Part shown: one piece after another, positions 1 to 8,473 of the stretch | Layout of the letters: the number at the start of each line of letters is the position of its first letter | Numbering within the stretch: the first letter of the stretch is position 1 | NCBI GenBank assembly: GCA_900545935.1 | Contig: URAP01000001.1 | Span: 65,064-129,063 of the forward strand | Source of the DNA: an uncultured Eubacteriales bacterium | GTDB taxonomy: Bacteria > Bacillota > Clostridia > Oscillospirales > CAG-272 | Direction of reading: 5' to 3' | DNA: 64,000 nt | Position numbers and translations under genes: made by a program | Notes under the pieces: generated by a model | Seen by the model: the letters and a program-made list of their open reading frames with translations, nothing else | What the model was told of the DNA's origin: nothing | Database searches by the model: none

Positions 1-2
1 TG

Positions 3-473
3 CTCGGCGATGACGGCGAGGTACTTGATTCTCATCGCTTTGACGAGGTCGAGCGCCTTGAGGCAATGACCCCCGATGAGCGCTATGCGTTCTGGCGGGG
101 TGAGCTCTCGCGCTGCATCCGCTGCAACGCATGCCGTAACGTATGCCCCGCATGTACCTGCGAAAAGTGCGTTTTCGATAACCCCGAGTCGGGCGTTGAA
201 AATAAGGCTGCCGCAAACAGCTTTGAAGAAAAGCTGTTCCACGTCATCCGCGCATTCCATGTTGCAGGCAGATGCACCGACTGCGGCGAGTGCTCTCGCG
301 TTTGCCCGCAGAATATACCGCTCCATCTTCTTAACCGTAAGTTCATCTCCGATATCAACCGCCTCTACGGCGATTATCAGGCAGGAGAGACCGACAACGG
401 CAGATCTCCGCTCGTAAACTTCAATAAGGGCGACGGAGAACCCTGCGATTTTGATAAGGGAGGCAGAGAGTAA
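3..473 (+). CDS. 4Fe-4S dicluster protein, C-terminal part (5' end probably outside window)
   Basis: Frame is open from the window edge (no stop between nt 3 and the first ATG at 66). Two ferredoxin-type motifs are present (CIRCNACRNVCPAC, CTDCGECSRVCPQ). The stop overlaps the next start (TAATG at 471-475). Confidence 0.6.
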   Translation, partial: LGDDGEVLDSHRFDEVERLEAMTPDERYAFWRGELSRCIRCNACRNVCPACTCEKCVFDNPESGVENKAAANSFEEKLFHVIRAFHVAGRCTDCGECSRVCPQNIPLHLLNRKFISDINRLYGDYQAGETDNGRSPLVNFNKGDGEPCDFDKGGRE

Positions 474-1519
474 TGAAGCTGATAAAGAAAGATCGGCTCG
501 GCGAGCTTCTTGCCGCAATTGCCGAATCGGAGGCGCTCTATCTCCCCGTTGACCGTGATGACGGCAATGCCGAGTATCGCAGATACGAGGAGGGTACCGA
601 GCTTTCGTCTAAGCTCAACACCGTCCGCTCCGCAAAGGATTTCTTCTTTCCGCAGACCGAAAATCTCGTCGATTTTAAGCTCAGCGGAAACAATATCGAG
701 GTCATAGACCCGCGCCGCGAGTGCGAGGACTTCGTTATATTCGGCGTTCGCGCATGCGATGCCGCAAGCTTCTCTGTGCTCGACCGTGTATTTATCGAGA
801 CCCCGCCCGAAGATACCTTCTATAAGAATCGCCGCGAGCACGCAACAATCGTTACGCTCGCATGCTCGCGCCCCGCTGCGACCTGCTTCTGCCATACGTT
901 CGGCATCGACATGACCGAGCCTAAGGGCGGAGACATCACCGCGTGGGAGCTCGAGGACGGATATGCATTCCGCGCAGAGACCGAAAAGGGAAGTGCACTG
1001 CTTGCACGTCTCGATTCTCTCCTTACGGACGGTGCGTCCGCTGAGGGTGAGATAGCGGAGCAGAGAGAGCAGACTAAGGCTCGCGCCGAAAAGCTGCCCC
1101 TTTCCTCCCTCACCACCGAAAAGTTTGACGGCAGAGATATGCTCACGACCTTCCGTGATAGCCGCTGGGCATCGCTCTCCGAGGCATGCCTCGGCTGCGG
1201 AACCTGTACGTTCGTCTGCCCGACCTGCCAGTGCTACGACATCAAGGAATTCAAGACGAGCGACGGCGTAAAGCGTTTCAGATGCTGGGATTCCTGCATG
1301 TATTCGGACTTTACAAAGATGGCTGGCGGTCAGCCGCGTCTTACGCAGCTCGAGCGTTTTCGTCAGCGCTTCATGCATAAGCTCATCTATTTTCCGATGA
1401 ACAACGACGGCGTTTACGGCTGTGTCGGCTGCGGAAGATGTCTTGCACGCTGCCCGATACACATGAATATCGTAAAGGTAATGAAGGAGCTCGGAAAGGA
1501 GGCTGCAGACAATGAATAA
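473..1519 (+). CDS. AsrA / sulfhydrogenase-beta-like Fe-S subunit
   Basis: 348 aa with C-terminal CLGCGTCTFVCPTCQC and CVGCGRCLARCP cluster motifs. Overall layout matches anaerobic sulfite reductase subunit A-type proteins. Translationally coupled to both neighbours. Confidence 0.7.
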   Translation: MKLIKKDRLGELLAAIAESEALYLPVDRDDGNAEYRRYEEGTELSSKLNTVRSAKDFFFPQTENLVDFKLSGNNIEVIDPRRECEDFVIFGVRACDAASFSVLDRVFIETPPEDTFYKNRREHATIVTLACSRPAATCFCHTFGIDMTEPKGGDITAWELEDGYAFRAETEKGSALLARLDSLLTDGASAEGEIAEQREQTKARAEKLPLSSLTTEKFDGRDMLTTFRDSRWASLSEACLGCGTCTFVCPTCQCYDIKEFKTSDGVKRFRCWDSCMYSDFTKMAGGQPRLTQLERFRQRFMHKLIYFPMNNDGVYGCVGCGRCLARCPIHMNIVKVMKELGKEAADNE

Positions 1520-2339
1520 CGAAGTGCTTATCCCGTCGGTAGCTGTTATTACCGATGTCCGTACCGATACACCGGACGTCAAGACATTTCGTGTTCTTAC
1601 GCCCGACGGTAAAAAGCCCTTTGAGCATATGCCCGGTCAGTGCGCTATGCTCTCTATCCCCGGCGTGGGAGAGGCGCTGTTTTCTATAACCTCCTCGCCG
1701 ACAAACCGCGAATATATGGAATTCTCCATAAAGAAGTGCGGCTGTCTGACGAGCTGGATACATATGCTCGAGCCCGGTCAGCAGATAACAATCCGCGGAC
1801 CGTACGGCAACGGTTTTCCCGTCGAGACCGAACTGCGCGGTAAGGATCTGCTCTTTATCGCCGGCGGTATCGGACTTGCTCCGCTGCGTTCGGTAATCAA
1901 CTACTGCCTCGATAACAGAGAAAATTACGGAAAGCTCCAGATTATTTACGGCTCGCGCTCCAAGGACGACCTTGTTGACTATCAGGAGATAATCGACGAG
2001 TGGATGAAGGCGGAGAATGTTGAGGTCAATCTGACCATCGACCGTGAGCAGGAGGGCTGGGACGGTCACGTCGGATTCGTTCCCAACTACGTTAAGGAGC
2101 TCTCTCCCGATCTCGGTATGACCGTACTTATGTGCGGTCCGCCTATCATGATAAAGTTTTCTCTTGCGGGGCTCAAGGAGCTCGGCTTTACCGATACTCA
2201 GGTCTACACTACGATGGAGCTGCGTATGAAGTGCGGCATCGGAAAGTGCGGCAGATGCAATATCGGTAACAAGTACGTCTGCAAGGACGGACCCGTATTC
2301 CGTTTCGACGAGCTCGGCGAGCTCCCCGACGAATATTAA
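1512..2339 (+). CDS. AsrB/PyrK-like FAD/NAD(P)H-binding oxidoreductase with C-terminal [2Fe-2S]
   Basis: 275 aa. Ferredoxin-reductase-type fold signature (FSITSSP, LLFIAGGIGLAP) and C-terminal CGIGKCGRCN motif. 8-nt overlap with the upstream gene. Confidence 0.78.
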   Translation: MNNEVLIPSVAVITDVRTDTPDVKTFRVLTPDGKKPFEHMPGQCAMLSIPGVGEALFSITSSPTNREYMEFSIKKCGCLTSWIHMLEPGQQITIRGPYGNGFPVETELRGKDLLFIAGGIGLAPLRSVINYCLDNRENYGKLQIIYGSRSKDDLVDYQEIIDEWMKAENVEVNLTIDREQEGWDGHVGFVPNYVKELSPDLGMTVLMCGPPIMIKFSLAGLKELGFTDTQVYTTMELRMKCGIGKCGRCNIGNKYVCKDGPVFRFDELGELPDEY

Positions 2340-2357
2340 TAAGGAGCGGCAGATATT

Positions 2358-3035
2358 ATGGAAAACAAAACGGTTGATATTTATTTGTTCGGCAAGAAGT
2401 ATTCCGTGCCGGATAATCTCACTATAATGACGGCAATGGAGTACGCAGGCTATCAGCTTAAGCGGGGCTGCGGCTGCCGCGGCGGCTTCTGCGGCGCTTG
2501 TGCCACCATTTACAGGATCAAGGGCAAGCAGGAGCTCTGCGCATGCCTTGCATGTCAGACTCAGGTTCAGGACGGCATGTATATCGCTACGCTGCCTTTC
2601 TTCCCGCTTGTCAAGCAGACCTATGATATAAACAAGATCCGTCCCGATGAGCAGATCATGATGCAGCTTTACCCCGAAATCTATGCCTGTGTCGGCTGTA
2701 ATGCCTGCACCAAGGCTTGCACGCAGGATCTTAACGTTATGCAGTATATCGCATACGCTCAGAGAGGCGAGTTCGACAAGGTTGCAGAACTCTCCTTTGA
2801 CTGCGTTATGTGCGGCGTTTGCTCATCGCGCTGCCCCGCAGGCATCTCGCATCCGCAGGTTGCAATGCTTGCCCGCCGTCTCAACGGCAAATATCTCGCG
2901 CCCGGCTGCGGTCATCTCGAGGAGCGCGTACGCGAGATAAAGGACGGAAAGTTCACCGATCTCATCGAGGCTCTTATGCAGAAGCCTATCGAGGAGATGA
3001 AAGAGCTGTATAACAATCGCGAGATCGAAAAGTAA
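2358..3035 (+). CDS. FrdB/SdhB-like iron-sulfur protein ([2Fe-2S] plus two [4Fe-4S] motifs)
   Basis: CGCRGGFCGACA near the N-terminus, then CVGCNACTKAC and CVMCGVCSSRCP. RBS AAGGAG lies upstream. Confidence 0.7.
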   Translation: MENKTVDIYLFGKKYSVPDNLTIMTAMEYAGYQLKRGCGCRGGFCGACATIYRIKGKQELCACLACQTQVQDGMYIATLPFFPLVKQTYDINKIRPDEQIMMQLYPEIYACVGCNACTKACTQDLNVMQYIAYAQRGEFDKVAELSFDCVMCGVCSSRCPAGISHPQVAMLARRLNGKYLAPGCGHLEERVREIKDGKFTDLIEALMQKPIEEMKELYNNREIEK

Positions 3036-3047
3036 GGAGGCGGCAGA

Positions 3048-4649
3048 ATGTATAACGAACAGATGATGCTTTCACTGAAAAAGGTCGAGGCTAACAGAGC
3101 CGCAAACACCGAGCTCCAGCCCCGCAGAATGACCGCCGATGAAAAGGATGAGCTGCTTCGCACATATCATCCCGACTATCGCGTAGATCAGTTTTCCGAG
3201 CTTGTTATCGGACCGAACAAGGGCGAGCGCGTACCTCACGAGCTTGCAGCTCTGCTTCAGGCAGAGAGCCGTATTCGCGGCGTAAAGCTTGATCTTGAAA
3301 ATCCCGATTACGATACCGACGTTCTTATCATCGGCGGCGGCGGCGCAGGTGCTTCCGCAGCTATCGAGGCTGATAAGGCTGGTGCGCGCGTTACCGTCGT
3401 TACCAAGCTCCGCATGGGTGACGCAAACACAATGATGGCAGAGGGCGGCATTCAGGCCGCCGATAAGCCGAACGATTCTCCCGCGCAGCACTACATCGAC
3501 GCTTTCGGCGGCGGACATTTCGCTGCCAAGCCCGAGCTGCTCGAAAAGCTCGTTTGCGAGGCTCCCGAGGCTATTCAGTGGCTCTCCGACCTCGGCGTTG
3601 AGTTTGATAAGATGCCCGACGGCACCATGATAACGACTCACGGAGGCGGAACCTCGAGAAAGCGTATGCACGCTGCTAAGGACTATTCCGGCGCCGAAAT
3701 AATGCGTACCCTCCGCGACGAGGTGCTTTGCCGCGGTATCCCGGTTATCGACTTTACCGCAGCAGTCGAGCTTATTCTCGATGAAAACGGCAACGCAGCG
3801 GGCGCAGTACTCATGAATATGGAGACCGAGGAGCTGCTTGTCGCACGCGCAAAGACCGTTATCATCGCAACGGGCGGTGCGGGCAGACTCCACTATCAGG
3901 GCTTCCCGACCTCTAACCACTACGGCGCAACCGCAGACGGTCTTGTGCTTGCATATAGAGTCGGCGCAAAGCTGCTCTATCCTGACACGCTTCAGTACCA
4001 TCCTACCGGTGCTGCGTTCCCCGAGCAGATATTCGGCGCGCTCGTTACCGAGAAGGTTCGTTCGCTCGGAGCTAAGCTCGTAAACGCAGACGGTGAGGTA
4101 TTCATGCATCCGCTTGAGACCCGTGACGTCTCCGCAGCCTCCATTATCCGTGAGTGCTCGTCAAGAGGGAAGGGCGTAAAGACCGGCGCGGGCGAGGCTG
4201 TATGGCTCGACACCCCGATGATCGAGATCATCGGCGGTGAGGGAACCATCGAGCGTAGAATCCCCGCAATGATGCGTATGTTCGGCAAGTACGGCATTGA
4301 TATCCGCCGTCAGCCGATTCTCGTTTATCCTACGCTCCACTATCAGAACGGCGGTATTGATATCTCCGCAAACGGTGAGAGCGGCGTACATAATCTGTTT
4401 GTCGCAGGCGAGGCTGTCGGAGGAATTCACGGTAGAAACCGCCTGATGGGTAACTCTCTGCTTGACGTTATCGTTTTCGGACGTAATGCAGGTAAGAGTG
4501 CAGCACAGCGGGCTACCGAGGTAAAGGTCGGACGGCTCACACTCGACCATATCGAGCGCTTTGCATCCGAGATAGCTTCGGCATCGCTTCCCGAGGATAA
4601 GACCTCGCCCTTACTTCTCCCGGATTACAGAAGAAAATTTAACTTTTAA
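3048..4649 (+). CDS. FrdA/SdhA-family FAD flavoprotein (soluble fumarate-reductase-like)
   Basis: Dinucleotide fold VLIIGGGGAGASAA. Family motifs LQYHPTG, TRDV, LHYQNGG and GEAVGGIHGRNRLMGNSLLD are present. The covalent-FAD His position reads Asn (DANTMMAEGG versus RSHTVAAxGG). Confidence 0.82.
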   Translation: MYNEQMMLSLKKVEANRAANTELQPRRMTADEKDELLRTYHPDYRVDQFSELVIGPNKGERVPHELAALLQAESRIRGVKLDLENPDYDTDVLIIGGGGAGASAAIEADKAGARVTVVTKLRMGDANTMMAEGGIQAADKPNDSPAQHYIDAFGGGHFAAKPELLEKLVCEAPEAIQWLSDLGVEFDKMPDGTMITTHGGGTSRKRMHAAKDYSGAEIMRTLRDEVLCRGIPVIDFTAAVELILDENGNAAGAVLMNMETEELLVARAKTVIIATGGAGRLHYQGFPTSNHYGATADGLVLAYRVGAKLLYPDTLQYHPTGAAFPEQIFGALVTEKVRSLGAKLVNADGEVFMHPLETRDVSAASIIRECSSRGKGVKTGAGEAVWLDTPMIEIIGGEGTIERRIPAMMRMFGKYGIDIRRQPILVYPTLHYQNGGIDISANGESGVHNLFVAGEAVGGIHGRNRLMGNSLLDVIVFGRNAGKSAAQRATEVKVGRLTLDHIERFASEIASASLPEDKTSPLLLPDYRRKFNF

Positions 4650-4664
4650 CTAAGGAGCAGATAT

Positions 4665-5900
4665 ATGTCTCTATTCGGTGGTGTATTGACTATCACCGGT
4701 GTATCGTACCTGATGCTCACGCTGTTCGCTATTCTTGCCCTGGGCTATGCCCTCGGCAGAATAACGATAAAGGGTATCTCGCTCGGATCTGCCGGCGTGT
4801 TTATAGTTGCGCTCGTCTACGGTGCGTTCTTCTATACGCATCTCGATGCCGCAATGGCTGAGGGCGCAAAAACCGCTCTTAAGATCGTTGAGAATATCGG
4901 ACTGATACTCTTCGTATCGTCTGTCGGATTTATTGCAGGACCCAAATTTTTCTCTAACATGAAGCGTAATTTCAAGTCCTATGTTCTTATAGGCCTTGTT
5001 ATCATCCTCTCGGGTGGCATCGCAGCTGCGCTGTGCATACTGTTTGGCAGGACGGTCGGAGGAGAGACCGATTACGAGGGCTTTACCGCTATCGTTTCAG
5101 GACTCCTCTCCGGCGCGCTTACCTCTACCCCTGCGTTCTCTGCCGCAAAGGCAACGGTAGGAGAGGCATATGAGGATCTTGTGTCTGTCGGCTATGGAAT
5201 CGCTTATCTCTTTGGCGTTATAGGTGTCGTACTGTTCGTTCAGCTCGTACCAAAACTCGAAAAAGCAGACATGAAGGTCGAGCGCGAAAAGATGCTCGCC
5301 GCCGGCAGCTCTGACGAGAAAAAAACAAAATCCCGCATCGGAACACTCAAGATGGATCCGTTCGGTATTATGATGTTTTCGCTTGCTGCCGCTATCGGTC
5401 TTATAATCGGACTTGTAAAGATTCCGCTTAGCTCAGCAGGACTCAGCGGTACTACCTTCTCGCTAACCACAACCGGAGGATGCCTGCTTACGGCACTTGT
5501 TTTCGGTCATTTCGGCAAGTGCGGTAAGGTTTCGCTGATGCCGGAGATATCGACGCTAAAGGTTTTCCGCGAGCTCGGATTGATATTCTTCCTTATTGGT
5601 GCAGGCGTTTCGGGTGGTGCTAATTTCGTCAATCACTTCAAGCCTATCTACTTCGTTTACGGTGTTGTCATTACTCTCCTGCCGATGATCCTCGGCTACT
5701 TCTTTGCAAAGCACGTACTCAAGCTCTGCTTGCTGAACAGCATCGGTTCTATAACCGGAGGCATGACGAGTACACCTGCACTCGGAACCCTTATTAACTT
5801 TGCGGGCACAGAGGATGTTGCAGCAGCGTATGCCGCTACATATCCGGTTGCGCTTGTAGCCGTTGTACTGCTGACGCAGCTGCTCATCGGCATATTCTAA
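4665..5900 (+). CDS. AAE-family (YidE/YbjL/AspT/SucE-like) membrane transporter without TrkA-C domains
   Basis: 411 aa and polytopic. Two repeated membrane halves are separated by a charged loop (KADMKVEREKMLAAGSSDEKKTK). The N-terminus is typical of the Asp-Al_Ex permease domain. Confidence 0.7.
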   Translation: MSLFGGVLTITGVSYLMLTLFAILALGYALGRITIKGISLGSAGVFIVALVYGAFFYTHLDAAMAEGAKTALKIVENIGLILFVSSVGFIAGPKFFSNMKRNFKSYVLIGLVIILSGGIAAALCILFGRTVGGETDYEGFTAIVSGLLSGALTSTPAFSAAKATVGEAYEDLVSVGYGIAYLFGVIGVVLFVQLVPKLEKADMKVEREKMLAAGSSDEKKTKSRIGTLKMDPFGIMMFSLAAAIGLIIGLVKIPLSSAGLSGTTFSLTTTGGCLLTALVFGHFGKCGKVSLMPEISTLKVFRELGLIFFLIGAGVSGGANFVNHFKPIYFVYGVVITLLPMILGYFFAKHVLKLCLLNSIGSITGGMTSTPALGTLINFAGTEDVAAAYAATYPVALVAVVLLTQLLIGIF

Positions 5901-5988
5901 TTCGGTTATTTCGACTTAGTATTTAAATCAAAAGAATCCTTATTCCTAAGAAAGGATGCCGCTGCATATGCGGCGGCGATAAATTACT

Positions 5989-6231
5989 ATGAAGGTTGTT
6001 GTATGTATCGGCAGCTCTTGCCACCTCAAGGGTTCGCATCAGGTCGTTAGCTGCATCAAGCGTCTTATCGACGAAAACAATATTTCAGATAAGATTGAGC
6101 TTAGCGGTTCGTTCTGCTTCGGTCAGTGCCAGAATGATGTCTGTGTTTCTATTGATGGTGTGATCCATTCGGTTAAGCCCGAGGATGCTCCGGAATTCTT
6201 TAAGCACGAGATTCTTGAAAAGCTCGCCTGA
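5989..6231 (+). CDS. thioredoxin-like [2Fe-2S] ferredoxin (NuoE/HydC-type fold)
   Basis: 80 aa. Cys spacing C6-x4-C11 ... C43-x3-C47 fits the thioredoxin-like [2Fe-2S] pattern. Confidence 0.6.
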   Translation: MKVVVCIGSSCHLKGSHQVVSCIKRLIDENNISDKIELSGSFCFGQCQNDVCVSIDGVIHSVKPEDAPEFFKHEILEKLA

Positions 6232-6245
6232 AAAGGGAAGCACCA

Positions 6246-6785
6246 TTGAAAAAAAAACTACATCACGGCGACGCCGTGAAAAAAAGTGTCAATATAATGA
6301 TAGGTCCCCCCTCATCGCCCGATAGAGACGGACTGATGATGGGGGACTTTTTCGGCAGCAAGGGAAAGCATATTGTTTGCGGCGGCACAACCGCACACCT
6401 TGCCGCATCATACCTCGGAAAGCCTCTCGAGGTCGTTCTCGACTATCAGAGCAGCACTATTCCGCCTATCGGAAAGATAGAGGGTGTGGAGCTTGTTACA
6501 GAGGGCGTTGTCACGATAGGTCTTGCACTCGAGGCTGCTAAGCGTTATCTGTCATACGGATGCGATGATTTTCGCGACACCGCCAAGACTGACGGCGTTT
6601 CCGCGCTCTGCAGACTGCTTTTTGATGCCGAAGAGCCGATTAATTTTTATATCGGTACTGCCGTAAATGATGCGCATCAGGCTCCTAAGCTCGAAATCGA
6701 CTTCAATCATAAGATGGAGGTCATTAACGGACTTATAGACGCACTCGGAAAGATGCGTAAAGAGGTAACGGCTAAGTTTTATTGA
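6246..6785 (+). CDS. conserved hypothetical protein (TTG start)
   Basis: 179-aa ORF with RBS AAAGGGAAG 5 nt before the TTG. Globular composition with a VCGGTTAHLAASYLGKP segment. No catalytic motif recognised. Confidence 0.45.
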   Translation: MKKKLHHGDAVKKSVNIMIGPPSSPDRDGLMMGDFFGSKGKHIVCGGTTAHLAASYLGKPLEVVLDYQSSTIPPIGKIEGVELVTEGVVTIGLALEAAKRYLSYGCDDFRDTAKTDGVSALCRLLFDAEEPINFYIGTAVNDAHQAPKLEIDFNHKMEVINGLIDALGKMRKEVTAKFY

Positions 6786-6879
6786 TCTGTATCTCAAAAG
6801 ACCAAAAAAGTGAATTGATATTATTGCTTATCAAGCGTGATGCACGTTATGTATTGCTTTGCGCACAGACAGCAGATAT

Positions 6880-6908
6880 CCGATACCGATACCGATACCG
6901 ATACGATA
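6880..6908. repeat. hexanucleotide microsatellite (CCGATA)x4 plus a partial unit
   Basis: Direct reading: ccgata ccgata ccgata ccgata cgata. It sits between two convergent genes. Confidence 0.9.
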
Positions 6909-6925
6909 ATGTGTGCCTAATCGCA

Positions 6926-7384
6926 TCAGGCGCGTCTCGACTTCATTTTAGCTGCAATACTGTTTTTACGCTTTGTCGCTCGGTTTTTACCGTGCGACTT
7001 TTTGTTTTCTCCGATCAGCACCCCGATAAAGCAAATTACAACGGCGCCTAGTACGGTAAGCAATCTTACAGATATCGAGAGCTGCGGAAGACAGCATTCT
7101 GCTTCGGTGTTTACAGTGCCGGTTATTATCGAAGCAATTGCTAAAATGCCAAAATATGACAAGCATATAATGGCTGCACGAGGTGCAGAGCCTCGCGAAT
7201 TCTTGCCGGCAAGATATCCGCATGATGCCGAAGAAGCTGCAAAAGTAAATATTGCAAAGGGAAGTATACCCGACGCGGGATTGGGCATTTTTAAGCAAAC
7301 GGCAGCGCCAAGCGCCGCAATCGCAGCTGCGGCGAAAAAAGAAAGCAATACAATAAATACCGAGCTAATAATTTTATGCTTCAT
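6926..7384 (-). CDS. small integral membrane protein, basic C-terminal tail
   Basis: Four hydrophobic segments. I chose the start at MKHKII (ATG 7384) because GAGAGG lies 6 nt upstream; the ORF track extends to 7423. Confidence 0.55.
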   Translation of the reverse strand: MKHKIISSVFIVLLSFFAAAAIAALGAAVCLKMPNPASGILPFAIFTFAASSASCGYLAGKNSRGSAPRAAIICLSYFGILAIASIITGTVNTEAECCLPQLSISVRLLTVLGAVVICFIGVLIGENKKSHGKNRATKRKNSIAAKMKSRRA

Positions 7385-7755
7385 ATGAATACCTCTCAGT
7401 TTTGCTTTCAAGCATAATTTCATAAGGTATAAATTGCATCCTGCAATATACCGAATAATATCTTAAAATCGGGTGTCCGTTATAATGATTATTCAAATAC
7501 AGAACAAACTATGATAGATACGCAAATAGATTTTAAATACTCGCAGATTATAATCCGTAAAAAGTCTGAAGAAGGCTGATTTTCAGCAGCTCTTGATAAC
7601 GGAAAGATTCAGTATACATTGCGCGAATAAAGAGCAGTTTCCGTCGCCTCGAATCCGCATTAGCTCCGAACAATAGTTTCCGCGTTAAAAACAGCGGGGC
7701 ATTGTACTGAAACAGCCCGACAACACAACGGCACTGTTATAATAATTCGATACGG

Positions 7756-7787
7756 GAAATTACGTAAAATGCAAATTTTACGTAATT
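7756..7787. repeat. perfect inverted repeat, 14-bp arms (AAATTACGTAAAAT gcaa ATTTTACGTAATTT)
   Basis: Read directly. It lies in a 530-bp AT-rich non-coding gap. Confidence 0.9.
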
Positions 7788-7807
7788 TAGGGCAGTGTTT
7801 CGGCGAA

Positions 7808-7851
7808 GAAAAAATCAGGATGACATCGCGTTTGCAATATCATCCTGATTT
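7808..7851 (-). terminator. rho-independent terminator downstream of the SASP gene
   Basis: Stem AATCAGGATGA / TCATCCTGATT, followed on the minus strand by TTTTTT. Confidence 0.7.
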
Positions 7852-7956
7852 CGGCAAGCATTATCCTTTCGGCATCATAGTTTTCACACTACACCGTGTG
7901 AGCTGTTTTGCGCCGCAGTAAGGCTGCCGATTTTGTAATTCGGAAATTCGCTCTGT

Positions 7957-8160
7957 TTATCGACCGGAATTCTTGAGGTCGTTCTCGTACTTCTGAATCA
8001 TCTTCTTGACCATCTGTCCGCCGATGGAACCGGCCTGACGAGAAGTCAGATCACCGTTATAACCGTTAGCGAGACTAACACCGACTTCGCTGGCAGCCTC
8101 CATCTTGAACTTGTCAAGTGCGCCCTTTGCTTCGGGAACAAGATTCTTATTTGTAGACAT
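7957..8160 (-). CDS. alpha/beta-type small acid-soluble spore protein
   Basis: MSTNKNLVPEAKGALDKFKMEAASEVGV...LTSRQAGSIGGQMVKKMI is the hallmark SASP sequence. Start chosen at ATG 8160, with AAGGAGA 7 nt upstream. Confidence 0.9.
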   Translation of the reverse strand: MSTNKNLVPEAKGALDKFKMEAASEVGVSLANGYNGDLTSRQAGSIGGQMVKKMIQKYENDLKNSGR

Positions 8161-8473
8161 TTTGAAATCTCCTTGTATACTCATGCGGCGCTGATTCGCT
8201 GCCGCCTTTTCCTTTACAGAGCCTTTTCGGCTCTGATATTATTATGAGCGCATATAATAAGATTATTATGTCAAATTATGGCATGATAGCGCTATTATAT
8301 AAAATCATGTTGTTTTCATCGGCAAAGGCATGAAACTGCCACAGGTGATTAGAATTATTGAATCGCAATGCCGTATCATTTAAAGATATAAGCGTAAATA
8401 TATAGCGCGAGCCGCATCAAAATGACGAAGCTCGCGCTCGATTATACAAAATCAAATCAGGTCAACGATCGGT

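Noticed and set aside
377-1582. 401-aa minus-strand ORF
   Set aside because: It is antisense to the AsrA-like gene, which has Fe-S motifs and translational coupling with its neighbours. It is a shadow ORF.
6880-6908. Possible CRISPR or other repeat array
   Set aside because: The units are 6 nt, contiguous and spacer-less, so this is a simple microsatellite. No repeat-spacer architecture exists anywhere in the window.
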